DNA of 32,000 nt from Demequinaceae bacterium (GTDB lineage: Bacteria > Actinomycetota > Actinomycetes > Actinomycetales > Demequinaceae), in contig OZ252279.1 of assembly GCA_965250005.1 (NCBI GenBank), forward strand, positions 30,001 through 62,000. The letters run 5' to 3'. Both the position numbers and the translations under genes were made by a program. The stretch's first letter is position 1; the number at the start of each line of letters is the position of its first letter. Below are positions 1 to 8,306 of this stretch, piece by piece. Under the pieces are notes generated by a model, which saw only the letters and a list, made by a program, of their open reading frames with translations, was not told the origin of the DNA and ran no database searches.

Positions 1-207
1 CGCATCAAGGTTGCCGTGCACAGTGACCGTCGCGAGGTCGTGATAGTCGAGCCCGGCGCGAATGAGCCGGGGTTCGTCCAGCTCAAACCCCAAGGGCTCG
101 ATCAGGTGCAGTTGCGCGCCTGTGACAGCCGAGAGCCTGATCGCATTCCCCGTGTTCTGCGGGATGCGCGGCTCGTAGAAGGCGATCGAAGGAACGTCGG
201 CGGGCAT
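1..207 (-). CDS. trmL: tRNA 2'-O-methyltransferase TrmL (SpoU/TrmH family), N-terminal 69 codons; the rest lies off the left edge
   Basis: My translation of the minus strand from ATG 207..205 gives [61 protein letters not shown]. This follows the conserved TrmL/YibK N-terminus (YEPxIPxNTGNxxRL, LHxIxPxGF, RAGLDYH). It is absent from the ORF track because it runs off the window. Confidence 0.8.
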   Translation of the reverse strand, partial: MPADVPSIAFYEPRIPQNTGNAIRLSAVTGAQLHLIEPLGFELDEPRLIRAGLDYHDLATVTVHGNLDA

Positions 208-247
208 GGCGCTAGTTTGCCACGGCGCCCGCCTGCCGCCGCGTCGC

Positions 248-289
248 TTGACACCCGCGGCACGCGTGATAACTTGTTAGTTGGCTAAC
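248..289 (+). promoter_or_regulatory. Candidate marR promoter with abutting inverted repeat (possible MarR operator)
   Basis: TTGACA at 248-253, a 16-nt spacer, then TAACTT at 270-275 (TANNNT type). This is followed immediately by GTTAG-TTGG-CTAAC at 276-289, 45 nt upstream of the marR ATG. Sequence pattern only. Confidence 0.35.
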
Positions 290-333
290 GAACGAAAGAA
301 CGCGGACAGATCCGCGCCAGGCAGGAAGCAACA

Positions 334-1023
334 ATGAAGACCCAAGACAACACTGGGGCGCACGCCCCACAACCGGGCGAGGAGAACCTCGTCCGCGCCA
401 TGGCAGGCACCGCTCACGCGATGCGCCGCTACCTTGAGACCACCCTCGGCGACGTACCCGGAGGCATGAGCGCCTGGGCCGTGCTCCGCACCGTTCACCG
501 CTGCGGCCCGACTACACAGGCCGACCTCGCCCGCTGGATGGGCATCGCGGGCTCAACGCTCACACGCCGCCTCGACCAGATGGAAGATGACGAACTCATC
601 GCTCGCGCCGACGACCCGGAGGACGGCCGCCGCATCATCGTGCGCCTGACGGACAAAGCCGAGCAGCTCATCGCCGCCCAGCACACGCGAATGCAGGCAG
701 AGACCGACCGCCTCACCGCGGGAGCAGCCGCCCACGACCTCGACGCCGTCGCCCGCGTGATCGCGAAGATTCGCGAAAACCTTGTCGAACTCGGCGCCGA
801 TCTGCACTCGCACGACGGCGGACGTGGTCGTGGCCGCGGGCGCGGCGGACTCGGCGGTGGCAGAGGGACAGGCGGCCGACGCGGGCGCGGCTCGCGCGGC
901 CGAGGCTCCCTGGGCGCTGGCGACCACGGCGACCACAGCGCCCCCGGTGACCACAGCGAAAACTCGGATGATAACCACAACCACCGCCCCCACTGGCGCG
1001 GCCCACGAGAGGGTTCCGAATGA
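334..1023 (+). CDS. MarR family transcriptional regulator with Arg/Gly-rich and His/Asp-rich C-terminal tail
   Basis: The 229-aa ORF has AGGAAG 6 nt upstream of the ATG. It carries a winged-helix MarR core (TQADLARWMGIAGSTLTRRLDQMEDDELIARADDPEDGRRIIVRLTDKAEQL). Its stop overlaps the next start (ATGA at 1020-1023). Confidence 0.85.
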   Translation: MKTQDNTGAHAPQPGEENLVRAMAGTAHAMRRYLETTLGDVPGGMSAWAVLRTVHRCGPTTQADLARWMGIAGSTLTRRLDQMEDDELIARADDPEDGRRIIVRLTDKAEQLIAAQHTRMQAETDRLTAGAAAHDLDAVARVIAKIRENLVELGADLHSHDGGRGRGRGRGGLGGGRGTGGRRGRGSRGRGSLGAGDHGDHSAPGDHSENSDDNHNHRPHWRGPREGSE

Positions 1024-3011
1024 GCTTCCACGGCGGCGGCAGCCACCCACCACCCGCGAGCCGCCCGGCGCGCGGCAAGGACGAGGCAAGCAAGGGAGGC
1101 GGCCCGCGCTGGGGCGTGGATATCAAGGCGCAGCGGCGCGAGAACGCCGAGGCGCCCAACATCCCGCACCTGTGGCGACGCGTCGGCGCGCTGTTCCGCG
1201 ACTACCGCGGGCGACTGCTCGCCACCGCGATCCTCGTCGTGGCAAGCGCAGTCGTCGGCATCATCCCGCCGCTGCTCATCCAGCGCATCTTCGACGACGC
1301 CCTCTTCCCGGCAGACGCATTCGGCCCCAATCTGCGGCTGCTCTCATCGCTGGTCGCGCTCGCTATCGGGCTCTTCATTGCGTCGGCACTCCTGGGCGTG
1401 TGGCAAACCTTCCTCACGTCAAAGGTGGGCAACCGCGTCGCGGGCGACCTGCGCGAGAATCTGTTTGTGCGGCTCCAGGGTATGGACCTCGCGTTCTTCA
1501 CGCGCACCAAAACCGGCGTCATCCAGTCGCGGCTACAGAACGACGTGGGCGGCGTTTCGGGCGTGCTCACCAGCACGGTTACCAACATCGTCGGCAACTC
1601 CGTGACGGTGCTCGCGAGCCTCGCCGCGATGATCGTGCTCGACTGGCGCCTCACGGTGATTGCCGTAATCGTCATGCCCGCGCTAGTGGTGGTGCAGCGG
1701 CGCGTGGGCCAGGTGCGCGCGCGCATCGCCTCCGCAACTCAGGAGTCGCTCAGCGAACTCACCGCCATCACGCAGGAGACCCTGAGCGTCTCCGGAATCC
1801 TCCTGTCCAAGTCGTTCAACCGCCAGGGCCTCGAGACCGAGCGCTACGCCACCGAGAATCGCAACCAGATCAGCCTCCAGGTTCGCCAGGCCATGAGCGG
1901 CCAGTGGTTCTTCGCGATGGTCATGTCCATCATGTCGAGCGTTCCCGCGGTCATATACCTTGCCGCAGGATTCTTCATCTCGCGCGACCTCGACAACGCA
2001 GGGATCTTCGCGGAGGGCGTGGCGAGCGACGCCTCCAGCTCGGTGGTGGTCGGGGGGCTCACCGCCGGGACCATCGTCGCCTTCACGGCCATCCAGGGCA
2101 GGTTGATCTTCCCGCTCATGGGCCTCATGCGCGTGGCGCTCGACGTGCAGACCTCGCGCGCCCTTTTCGCGCGGATCTTTGAGTACATGGACCTGGTCCC
2201 CAGCATCGCTGACGCGCCCGACGCCAAGACAATCGCCGACGCGCCCGGCCCCGTTGGCCAAGTGGAATTCCGCGACGTCACGTTCAAGTACCCGGACGCG
2301 AGCAAGAGCTCCAAGGCCACACTTTCCAAGGTGTCATTCGTTGCGGAGCCCGGGCAGCGCATCGCGTTCGTGGGGCCCAGCGGCGCAGGCAAGACCACCG
2401 TCCTCTACCTCGCGCCACGCCTCCACGAGGCGTCCGGCGGCTCGGTGATGTTCTCTGGCGCCGACGTCCGCGAACTCACGCACCAGAGCGTTATCGAGAA
2501 CATCGGGATCGTCAGCCAGGAGACTTACCTGTTCCACGCGACTATCGCGGAAAACCTCAGGTACGCCAAGCCAGACGCCACTGACGACGAGCTGATTGCT
2601 GCCTGCAAGGGCGCCAACATTCACAAGGCGATCATGAGTTTTGACGACGGCTACGACACGGTGGTGGGCGAGCGCGGCTACCGGCTCTCGGGCGGAGAGA
2701 AGCAGCGCGTCGCGATCGCGCGCGTGCTGCTCAAGGACCCACCCGTGCTGTTGCTGGACGAGGCGACGTCATCGCTCGACACCGTCTCTGAAAAGGTGGT
2801 GCAGTCTGCCCTCGACCGTGCGTCGCGCGGGCGGACCACCATCACCGTGGCGCACCGGCTCAGCACCATCGTGGATGCGGACATGATCCATGTGGTGGAT
2901 GCGGGCGCGATCGTTGAGTCCGGAACGCACGCCCAACTGATGCGCAAGCGCGGCGTCTACGCGGAGCTCGCGGCCCAGCAGGTGGACAGCGCCAATCACG
3001 CGGAGGGCTAG
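1020..3011 (+). CDS. ABC transporter, fused permease/ATP-binding protein (type I exporter, MsbA/MdlB-like)
   Basis: The 663-aa ORF has an N-terminal 6-TM-type domain. ATPase motifs are Walker A GPSGAGKTT, signature LSGGEKQR, Walker B VLLLDEATS and H-loop TVAHRL. The first ~50 aa are a low-complexity extension, so the exact start is uncertain. Confidence 0.9.
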   Translation: MSFHGGGSHPPPASRPARGKDEASKGGGPRWGVDIKAQRRENAEAPNIPHLWRRVGALFRDYRGRLLATAILVVASAVVGIIPPLLIQRIFDDALFPADAFGPNLRLLSSLVALAIGLFIASALLGVWQTFLTSKVGNRVAGDLRENLFVRLQGMDLAFFTRTKTGVIQSRLQNDVGGVSGVLTSTVTNIVGNSVTVLASLAAMIVLDWRLTVIAVIVMPALVVVQRRVGQVRARIASATQESLSELTAITQETLSVSGILLSKSFNRQGLETERYATENRNQISLQVRQAMSGQWFFAMVMSIMSSVPAVIYLAAGFFISRDLDNAGIFAEGVASDASSSVVVGGLTAGTIVAFTAIQGRLIFPLMGLMRVALDVQTSRALFARIFEYMDLVPSIADAPDAKTIADAPGPVGQVEFRDVTFKYPDASKSSKATLSKVSFVAEPGQRIAFVGPSGAGKTTVLYLAPRLHEASGGSVMFSGADVRELTHQSVIENIGIVSQETYLFHATIAENLRYAKPDATDDELIAACKGANIHKAIMSFDDGYDTVVGERGYRLSGGEKQRVAIARVLLKDPPVLLLDEATSSLDTVSEKVVQSALDRASRGRTTITVAHRLSTIVDADMIHVVDAGAIVESGTHAQLMRKRGVYAELAAQQVDSANHAEG

Positions 3012-3063
3012 CCAAACCAACTAAACGCGAGCGCCTCCAGCGTCGAACTGATTCAATGGCAAC

Positions 3064-3660
3064 ATGCCGATGACGTCAGACTCCAGCTACTTCGCTAGCC
3101 CCGGCCACCTTTACAAGGCCAACATCATTTTCGCAGGAGTGGTAGTTCTTCTCATTCCGACGGCTCTCGCTTTCCAAGCGATCGAGTGGGGGAGTCTCGT
3201 CCTTGTTCCGATCGTCTGGGTGGTTGTTTCATACGTCGTCCGCGCCGCAATGGCGGGGGTCGAAGTCTCCGCGGAATCGGTCACTGTTCGCGGGTTGGTC
3301 TTCAAGTACTCCATCCCGTTGGAGGCGGTGGAGTGGGTCGAAATCCATCCGAATTCGCACATCATCGCCATCACCCATTCGGGATCCAAGCGTTCAGTCT
3401 TTACGTACGGGGCAAAGTTCGTTTTGGGGGCAGGGCGGAAGCGGATCGAAGACTTCGCCGACTATCTCGAACCGCGGGTCGCGGACGGGAACGTCTACGT
3501 TGTGGTGCTTCCACTGTCGAAGTACGCCTTGGGCAAGCGCGCGCCCGGTGTTGGCCGCAAGGTTTGGGCGCCGATGCCGATCGAGTACGTGCTGTGGGGC
3601 GTTTTGGGCGGGCTCACGGCCCTCGCCGTCCTCGCGACCCTACTCCTACCGGCTACCTAG
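3064..3660 (+). CDS. Hypothetical membrane protein (two N-terminal TM helices, soluble middle possibly bacterial PH-like, C-terminal TM helix)
   Basis: The 198-aa ORF has hydrophobic stretches IIFAGVVVLLIPTALAF, LVLVPIVWVVVSYVV and VLWGVLGGLTALAVLATLLL. The function is inferred only from architecture. Codon third positions are visibly more A/T-rich than in neighbouring genes. Confidence 0.6.
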   Translation: MPMTSDSSYFASPGHLYKANIIFAGVVVLLIPTALAFQAIEWGSLVLVPIVWVVVSYVVRAAMAGVEVSAESVTVRGLVFKYSIPLEAVEWVEIHPNSHIIAITHSGSKRSVFTYGAKFVLGAGRKRIEDFADYLEPRVADGNVYVVVLPLSKYALGKRAPGVGRKVWAPMPIEYVLWGVLGGLTALAVLATLLLPAT

Positions 3661-3664
3661 CGAC

Positions 3665-3682
3665 GCGGGCGAGATCGCCCGC
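3665..3682. terminator. GC-rich hairpin between convergent genes (putative bidirectional terminator)
   Basis: GCGGGCG-AGAT-CGCCCGC forms a 7-bp stem. It lies in the 25-nt gap between the stop at 3660 (+) and the stop at 3686 (-). There is no clear U-tract. Confidence 0.45.
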
Positions 3683-3685
3683 AAT

Positions 3686-4027
3686 CTACGAGCGGGCTAG
3701 TTCGACGCCCTCGCGCATCAGCGCGGCCCACTGACCTACGTGCTGGTGCGGGACCGCGACCCACGCGCGGAACACCTTCTTGGCGGGGGCGAACGGCTGG
3801 CCCACGCCGGCGGCGATCAACTGGTTGACGCGCGCCTCGTCGAGCTTCACGATGAGCGCCTCCTCCTTGCCGTAGTACATGGCGAGGAATTCGCCATCCA
3901 CGCGCATGCAGCGGCCGCCCATGAGGGTGCCCTCCGCCACGCCCGGGTCGCCGTCAGCCAACGCGCCTGCGAGTTCCCAGAACTCGGTGGCCCGCGCGTC
4001 TAGCTCTGCGTCCTGTTGAGGAGCCAT
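3686..4027 (-). CDS. TfoX/Sxy N-terminal-domain-like small protein
   Basis: These are the last 113 codons of the 300-aa track ORF, starting at ATG 4027..4025. The sequence MAPQQDAELDARATEFWELAG...MGGRCMRVDGEFLAMYYGKEEALIVKLDEARVNQLIAAGVGQPFAP resembles the TfoX_N pattern. It overlaps the upstream gene by 28 nt. The family call comes from recall, not a search. Confidence 0.6.
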   Translation of the reverse strand: MAPQQDAELDARATEFWELAGALADGDPGVAEGTLMGGRCMRVDGEFLAMYYGKEEALIVKLDEARVNQLIAAGVGQPFAPAKKVFRAWVAVPHQHVGQWAALMREGVELARS

Positions 4028-4674
4028 TTGTGTACCTCCGTCAGCTCGGTAAGTTGGTCCACCATCCAGGTGGCGAAGTCCGGGGAGCGGACGTCCGGCT
4101 CGGAGTCTGCGACAAAGCGCACCTGAAAATTCTTGTGCTTGAGCAGCTCGCGCACAGGCGAGTCCGCGGGGACGTCGACTGCCGGGTTCTTGAGCTTGGG
4201 CGCAGCGATCTCCATTTTGACCCGCGTGCCGAGTCCGTCGAGCGCGGCGACCAGGTCCAGGCCGTTGGGCGAGGTAAGCGCCGCGCGCCAAATCTTCAGA
4301 CCCTCGGGTGTGAACCCGACGCCGGTGGCAAACCCGATGCCGTCGGAGGAGATCCGCGCGCGCAACGTGGGCGCCGTCTTCTTGTCTAGGCCGTCCCAGA
4401 AGCTCAGCAGGATGTGGTCCTTGTACGGGGGTGTGCCCTCGGGCGCGAACCGCAGGTCCCTGTGGATGGGGGAGATCGATCCGGGCGCGCGCGACACGTA
4501 CTTGATCTTGCGAGAGATGCGTTTGCCGATCATCGGCCCGATGGTGTCCACCAGGTCCCGCGTTGGCCGCAGCAACTCCTTCTCCCACTCCGCCTGCAGT
4601 TCGCGGAAGCCTTCCTTGGTCGACGCGCCGATCTGATCCAGAAGATCGAGCCCGTTGGGGTAGCCGCTAAACAT
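4000..4674 (-). CDS. DUF2461 (TIGR02453) family protein
   Basis: I place the start at ATG 4674..4672, which has AAGGAG 9 nt upstream (minus strand ggcAAGGAGactcctgacaATG). MFSGYPNGLDLLDQ...PIHRDLRFAPEGTPPYKDHILLSFW is typical of the family. The track ORF begins 10 codons earlier and has no RBS. Confidence 0.8.
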   Translation of the reverse strand: MFSGYPNGLDLLDQIGASTKEGFRELQAEWEKELLRPTRDLVDTIGPMIGKRISRKIKYVSRAPGSISPIHRDLRFAPEGTPPYKDHILLSFWDGLDKKTAPTLRARISSDGIGFATGVGFTPEGLKIWRAALTSPNGLDLVAALDGLGTRVKMEIAAPKLKNPAVDVPADSPVRELLKHKNFQVRFVADSEPDVRSPDFATWMVDQLTELTEVHKWLLNRTQS

Positions 4675-4772
4675 TGTCAGGAGTCTCCTTGCCCGTAGTA
4701 ACAAAACGATACGCGCCCGAGGGTCGCGACAACCTCATGGCGGGGTTCGAGCCGTTCTCGATGCTGTGTTCG

Positions 4773-6755
4773 CTACCAGATGGAGACGCGGTCCTCTGGT
4801 TCCAGCCACAGCGCGTCGTCCGGGCCAACGCCAAAAGCGTCGTACCAGGAGTCCATATTCCGGACGACGCCGTTAATGCGGAACTCCTCCGGAGAGTGCG
4901 GGTCGGTCGCGATCTGCGTGCGGAGTGCCTCGTCGCGGCGCTTGGTCTGCTCGGTCGCGGCGTAGCCAAGGAAGTACCGCTGGATCGCCGTGAAACCAGC
5001 GAGCTCGGGCCCCGCAGAGATGTCGCCGCCGAGCGCAATCTCGTAGGCGCGCAGCGAGATCTCCACGCCGGCAAGATCGCCGATGTTCTCTCCAACGGTA
5101 AGCGCGCCGTTGACGGTGTGCTCGCTGGGGCCGTCGGGGCCAGCCAGTTGGGCGGGCGAATAGCCGTTGTACTGGTCGATGAGTTTTTCTGCGCGCTTGG
5201 TGAACTCGGCGCGATCAGCTTCCGTCCACCAGTCGCTCAGTTTGCCAGTGCCGTCGTACTTGGAACCTTGGTCGTCGAAGCCATGGCCTATCTCGTGCCC
5301 GATGACCGAGCCGATCGCGCCGTAGTTGACCGCTGCGTCTGCGTCCACGTCGAAGAACGGCGGCTGCAGGATCGCGGCCGGGAACACAATCTCGTTCGCC
5401 ACGGGCAGGTAGTAGGCGTTCACGGTTTGTGGTGTCATGAGCCACTCGGAGCGGTCCACAGGCTTGCCGATCTTGCTCCATTCCCAGTCGTCGTCGAACG
5501 CCGAGGCGGCACGCACGTTGCCCATCAGGTCGTCTGCGGTCAGCTCGAGCGCGGAGTAGTCGCGCCACTTGTCGGGGTACCCGACCTTGGGGGTGAACTG
5601 ATCGAGCTTGGCTAGCGCCTTCGCCTGCGTTTCGGCTGTCATCCAGTCGAGGCTCGTGATGGAGGCGCGGTAGGCCTCGATCAGGTTGCCCACGAGTGCG
5701 TCCATCGCGGCCTTGTGGGTGGGCGGGAAGTGGCGCTCGATGTAGACCTGCGCGACCACCTCGCCAACCACGCCCTCGACAAGGCCGACGCCGCGCTTCC
5801 AGCGGTCGCGCTGTTCGGGAGCGCCGGAGAGGACGGTGCCATAGAAGTCAAAGTTGGCTCGCGAAATCTCCTCGGTCAGGTAAGCTGCTCGCGCGCTCAC
5901 CACCCGCCAGCGCATCCACGCGCACCATTCCACCGCTTCGATCTCGTGCCAGAAGTTCGAGATCGCTTCGAAGAAGGACGGTTCAGCGACAACAAGTAGA
6001 TCGTGTGCGGCCTCCGGAATCTCGATCGCGTCCGCCCACACGCGCCAAGGGAAGCCGGGCGCGGACTCCTCAAGCTTGGCGAGCGTCGTGGGGTTGTACG
6101 TCAGGTCCGCCTCGCGCGTTTTGACGATGTCCCAATGGTGCTTCGCGATCGCGGTCTCGATGGCCATCACCACCTCGCCAGAAAAGCCGGGCTGGCCACC
6201 GAACTCCGCATCCGTCAGATCAGCCATGCGGTCGACGTGCTTGACAAACTTGTCGCGCGTCTCCGCAAACGCGTCCTCGCGATAATAACTCTCGTCAGGC
6301 AGGCTCAGCCCGCTCTGTCCCAGGTACACCACGTTGCGATCGGGATCGTCGGCGTCAGCAAAGACGTAGTAGCCCGCGAGGCCGCCGATGCCGGACCGCT
6401 GCAACTGGCCCAGGATCCGAGCGCCATCCTCAGAGTTCCCGCTCTCGTTGATGAGGTTCAGCTCCAGGGCGAGCGGGCGGACGCCCAGTGTGTTCGCGGC
6501 GTCTGTGTTCATGAAACTCGAATAGAGCGCACCGATCTGAGTGTCGGCAGAGGCTTCCTCGATGATCTTGCGCACCTGGAGTTCCGCGTCGTCGCGAAGC
6601 TTGTGGAACGAGCCGTCCGCGGCGCGGTCTGCCGGGATCTCGTGGGTCTCAAGCCAAGGGCCGTTGACGTATCGAAAGAAGTCGTCCCCTGCCTTGACGG
6701 TGGGAGAAAACGTGGACGCGTCGATGCCGCTGCGGGGCTCTTTGCTCGGTGCCAT
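4773..6755 (-). CDS. pepO: M13 family zinc metallopeptidase (PepO / endothelin-converting-enzyme-like)
   Basis: The 660-aa ORF carries the zinc motif VIGHEIGHGFD, VNAYYLPVANEIVFPAAILQPPFF and the downstream GENIGDLAG motif. Confidence 0.9.
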   Translation of the reverse strand: MAPSKEPRSGIDASTFSPTVKAGDDFFRYVNGPWLETHEIPADRAADGSFHKLRDDAELQVRKIIEEASADTQIGALYSSFMNTDAANTLGVRPLALELNLINESGNSEDGARILGQLQRSGIGGLAGYYVFADADDPDRNVVYLGQSGLSLPDESYYREDAFAETRDKFVKHVDRMADLTDAEFGGQPGFSGEVVMAIETAIAKHHWDIVKTREADLTYNPTTLAKLEESAPGFPWRVWADAIEIPEAAHDLLVVAEPSFFEAISNFWHEIEAVEWCAWMRWRVVSARAAYLTEEISRANFDFYGTVLSGAPEQRDRWKRGVGLVEGVVGEVVAQVYIERHFPPTHKAAMDALVGNLIEAYRASITSLDWMTAETQAKALAKLDQFTPKVGYPDKWRDYSALELTADDLMGNVRAASAFDDDWEWSKIGKPVDRSEWLMTPQTVNAYYLPVANEIVFPAAILQPPFFDVDADAAVNYGAIGSVIGHEIGHGFDDQGSKYDGTGKLSDWWTEADRAEFTKRAEKLIDQYNGYSPAQLAGPDGPSEHTVNGALTVGENIGDLAGVEISLRAYEIALGGDISAGPELAGFTAIQRYFLGYAATEQTKRRDEALRTQIATDPHSPEEFRINGVVRNMDSWYDAFGVGPDDALWLEPEDRVSIW

Positions 6756-6812
6756 GCGGTCAGCCTAACCCCGCGGCGCCGCGTATCTGCGGCGACTGGC
6801 AGAATGGAAGCT

Positions 6813-7271
6813 ATGCGCATTCACATCGCCGCCGACCACGCCGGATTCGAACTCAAGCAACTCCTCATCGAGCACCTCGGGGCCGACGGCCACGACGTGA
6901 CCGACCACGGTGCGTTTGAGTTCGACGCGGCCGACGACTACCCAGAGTTTTGCTTTGAAGCAGGCGAGGCGGTCGTGGCCGACGAAGGCTCGCTCGGCAT
7001 CGTCCTAGGCGGCTCTGGCAACGGCGAGCAGATCGCCGCGAACAAGGTTGCCGGCGTCCGGGCCGCGCTTGCGTGGAATGAGGAGACGGCCCGGCTTGGC
7101 CGCGCGCACAACAACGCGAACGTGATCTCGGTTGGCTGGCGTCAGCACTCGCTCGAGGAGTCCATCGCGATCATCCACGCGTTCCTCGACGAGCCCTTCA
7201 GCGACGAGGAGCGGCACGCGCGACGCATCCAGCAGCTCTCGGATTACGAGACGCGCGGAATTGGCGAATAG
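6813..7271 (+). CDS. rpiB: Ribose-5-phosphate isomerase B
   Basis: MRIHIAADHAGFELKQ...GSGNGEQIAANK...NANVISVGWR is the RpiB/LacAB pattern. I place the start at ATG 6813 (GGAAG upstream); an alternative is ATG 6804. The long N-terminal part of track ORF 6003..7271 is antisense to pepO. Confidence 0.9.
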   Translation: MRIHIAADHAGFELKQLLIEHLGADGHDVTDHGAFEFDAADDYPEFCFEAGEAVVADEGSLGIVLGGSGNGEQIAANKVAGVRAALAWNEETARLGRAHNNANVISVGWRQHSLEESIAIIHAFLDEPFSDEERHARRIQQLSDYETRGIGE

Positions 7272-7285
7272 CGCCGCAACCCTGT

Positions 7286-7302
7286 GGCGCCCGCGAGGCG
7301 CC
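7286..7302. terminator. GC hairpin after rpiB (weak terminator candidate)
   Basis: GGCGCC-CGCGA-GGCGCC lies 15 nt after the rpiB stop, in a convergent gap. There is no U-tract. Confidence 0.25.
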
Positions 7303-7403
7303 TCGAACACGAACCAATGGCAGGCGCGACTTCGCCTAGCACGGCGTTCGGCTCCGCCACGGCGGGCCAGTAACCGACACTAGATACGTTGCAGTTACGA
7401 CTT

Positions 7404-8012
7404 TCAGGTCGTGGCGCGATCGAACTCAATCTTGGTCGCGAGGCGGCGGTACTCGAGCTTGATGCAGCGGTTCTGGATCACGGTCAGGCCCGCGTTGACG
7501 GCCGCGGCTGCGGCGCCCTCGTGCGTAATCCCGAGCTGCATCCACACGGACGTAGCGCCAACCGTGATCGCGTCGTCCACCACGGGCGGGACGTGCTCGG
7601 GGCGCCGGAAGATATCGACCATGTCTGGCACCACGGGCAGTTCCGCCAGCGAAGCGTAGAATGGGTGTCCTAGCGCCTGCTGGCCTGCCGCAACGGGGTT
7701 GACAAAATAGAGTTTGAAGTGAGTGTTGTCGAGTAGCCACGCTGCCACGCTGTAGCTGGTGCGCATGGGGTTTGGGGACATGCCGACCACGGCGACCGAA
7801 ACGGTTTGGGCAAGGAGCTCGGCGAGGTCATCGTCGTCGGGCGCGTGACCGGATCCCGCCGGCGACGGAACGCAAACCTCCGCCGGTAGGATCGCGGCGC
7901 CCAGCAACTCGAGTCCGGGTACAAACTGCTCGTGTTCCGTGCGAACCGGCTCTGCTGTGGTGGGGAAAGCATCGCCCGAATCGGGCGACGGCATTCCTGG
8001 AAGCGTATCCAT
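7404..8012 (-). CDS. CoA-binding domain protein (YccU-like) with ~60-aa N-terminal acidic/Pro-rich extension
   Basis: The core LAELLAQTVSVAVVGMSPNPMRTSYSVAAWLL...VDIFRRPEHVPPVVDDAI..GATSVWMQLGI matches the CoA-binding (Rossmann-like) family pattern. No SD precedes ATG 8012, so the start is uncertain. Confidence 0.8.
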   Translation of the reverse strand: MDTLPGMPSPDSGDAFPTTAEPVRTEHEQFVPGLELLGAAILPAEVCVPSPAGSGHAPDDDDLAELLAQTVSVAVVGMSPNPMRTSYSVAAWLLDNTHFKLYFVNPVAAGQQALGHPFYASLAELPVVPDMVDIFRRPEHVPPVVDDAITVGATSVWMQLGITHEGAAAAAVNAGLTVIQNRCIKLEYRRLATKIEFDRATT

Positions 8013-8064
8013 GGTGAGTCCAACGTACCCCGGCGCCCAGAGATTCCGTGGGACCGGGCTCCCG

Positions 8065-8283
8065 TCAGTCGCGGGCTCGCTTGTGAGACTCCCGGACGTA
8101 CTTCTTGTCGAGTATTGAGATCCGCTCGACCATCAGCAATCGCAGGTCCTTCGCGATCAGATCGCCAAGGGCGTCGTCGCTAATCTCGCGGCCGGGAATG
8201 TCGAGGCGGAAGCCCTGCCCCTGCAGGCCGCCGCCGTTGCTGAACGTGACGTCGAAGTCGAAGACGACTCGGTTCTCGGTCAC
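8065..8283 (-). CDS. Small hypothetical protein (72 aa) immediately downstream of cysE
   Basis: The GTG at 8283 has GAAGG 6 nt upstream. The track ORF begins at TTG 8298, which has no SD. Third codon positions are G/C-rich, like neighbouring genes. I recognise no family (MTENRVVFDFDVTFSNGGGLQGQGFRLDIPGREISDDALGDLIAKDLRLLMVERISILDKKYVRESHKRARD). Confidence 0.55.
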   Translation of the reverse strand: MTENRVVFDFDVTFSNGGGLQGQGFRLDIPGREISDDALGDLIAKDLRLLMVERISILDKKYVRESHKRARD

Positions 8284-8306
8284 GTTCAGCCTTCGCAAGT
8301 TCAGGC

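Noticed and set aside
16-288. 90-aa plus-strand ORF at the left edge
   Set aside because: It is antisense to a clearly recognisable trmL N-terminus (1..207, minus strand). Its Arg/Gly-rich composition is typical of a high-GC shadow frame.
495-2182. Several long ORFs (495..1169 -, 553..1089 -, 713..1162 -, 782..2182 +)
   Set aside because: They are out-of-frame or antisense shadows of the MarR and ABC exporter genes. Their translations are Arg/Pro/Ala/Gly-rich low-complexity sequences with no motifs.
4028-4588. N-terminal 187 codons of the 300-aa ORF 3686..4588 (-)
   Set aside because: This part overlaps the well-supported DUF2461 gene in another frame and has Arg-rich junk composition. Only the last 113 codons look like a real protein.
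6003-6812. Long N-terminal extension of the rpiB ORF (track ORF 6003..7271)
   Set aside because: It is antisense to the M13 peptidase gene. RpiB homology begins at MRIHIAADHAG (6813).
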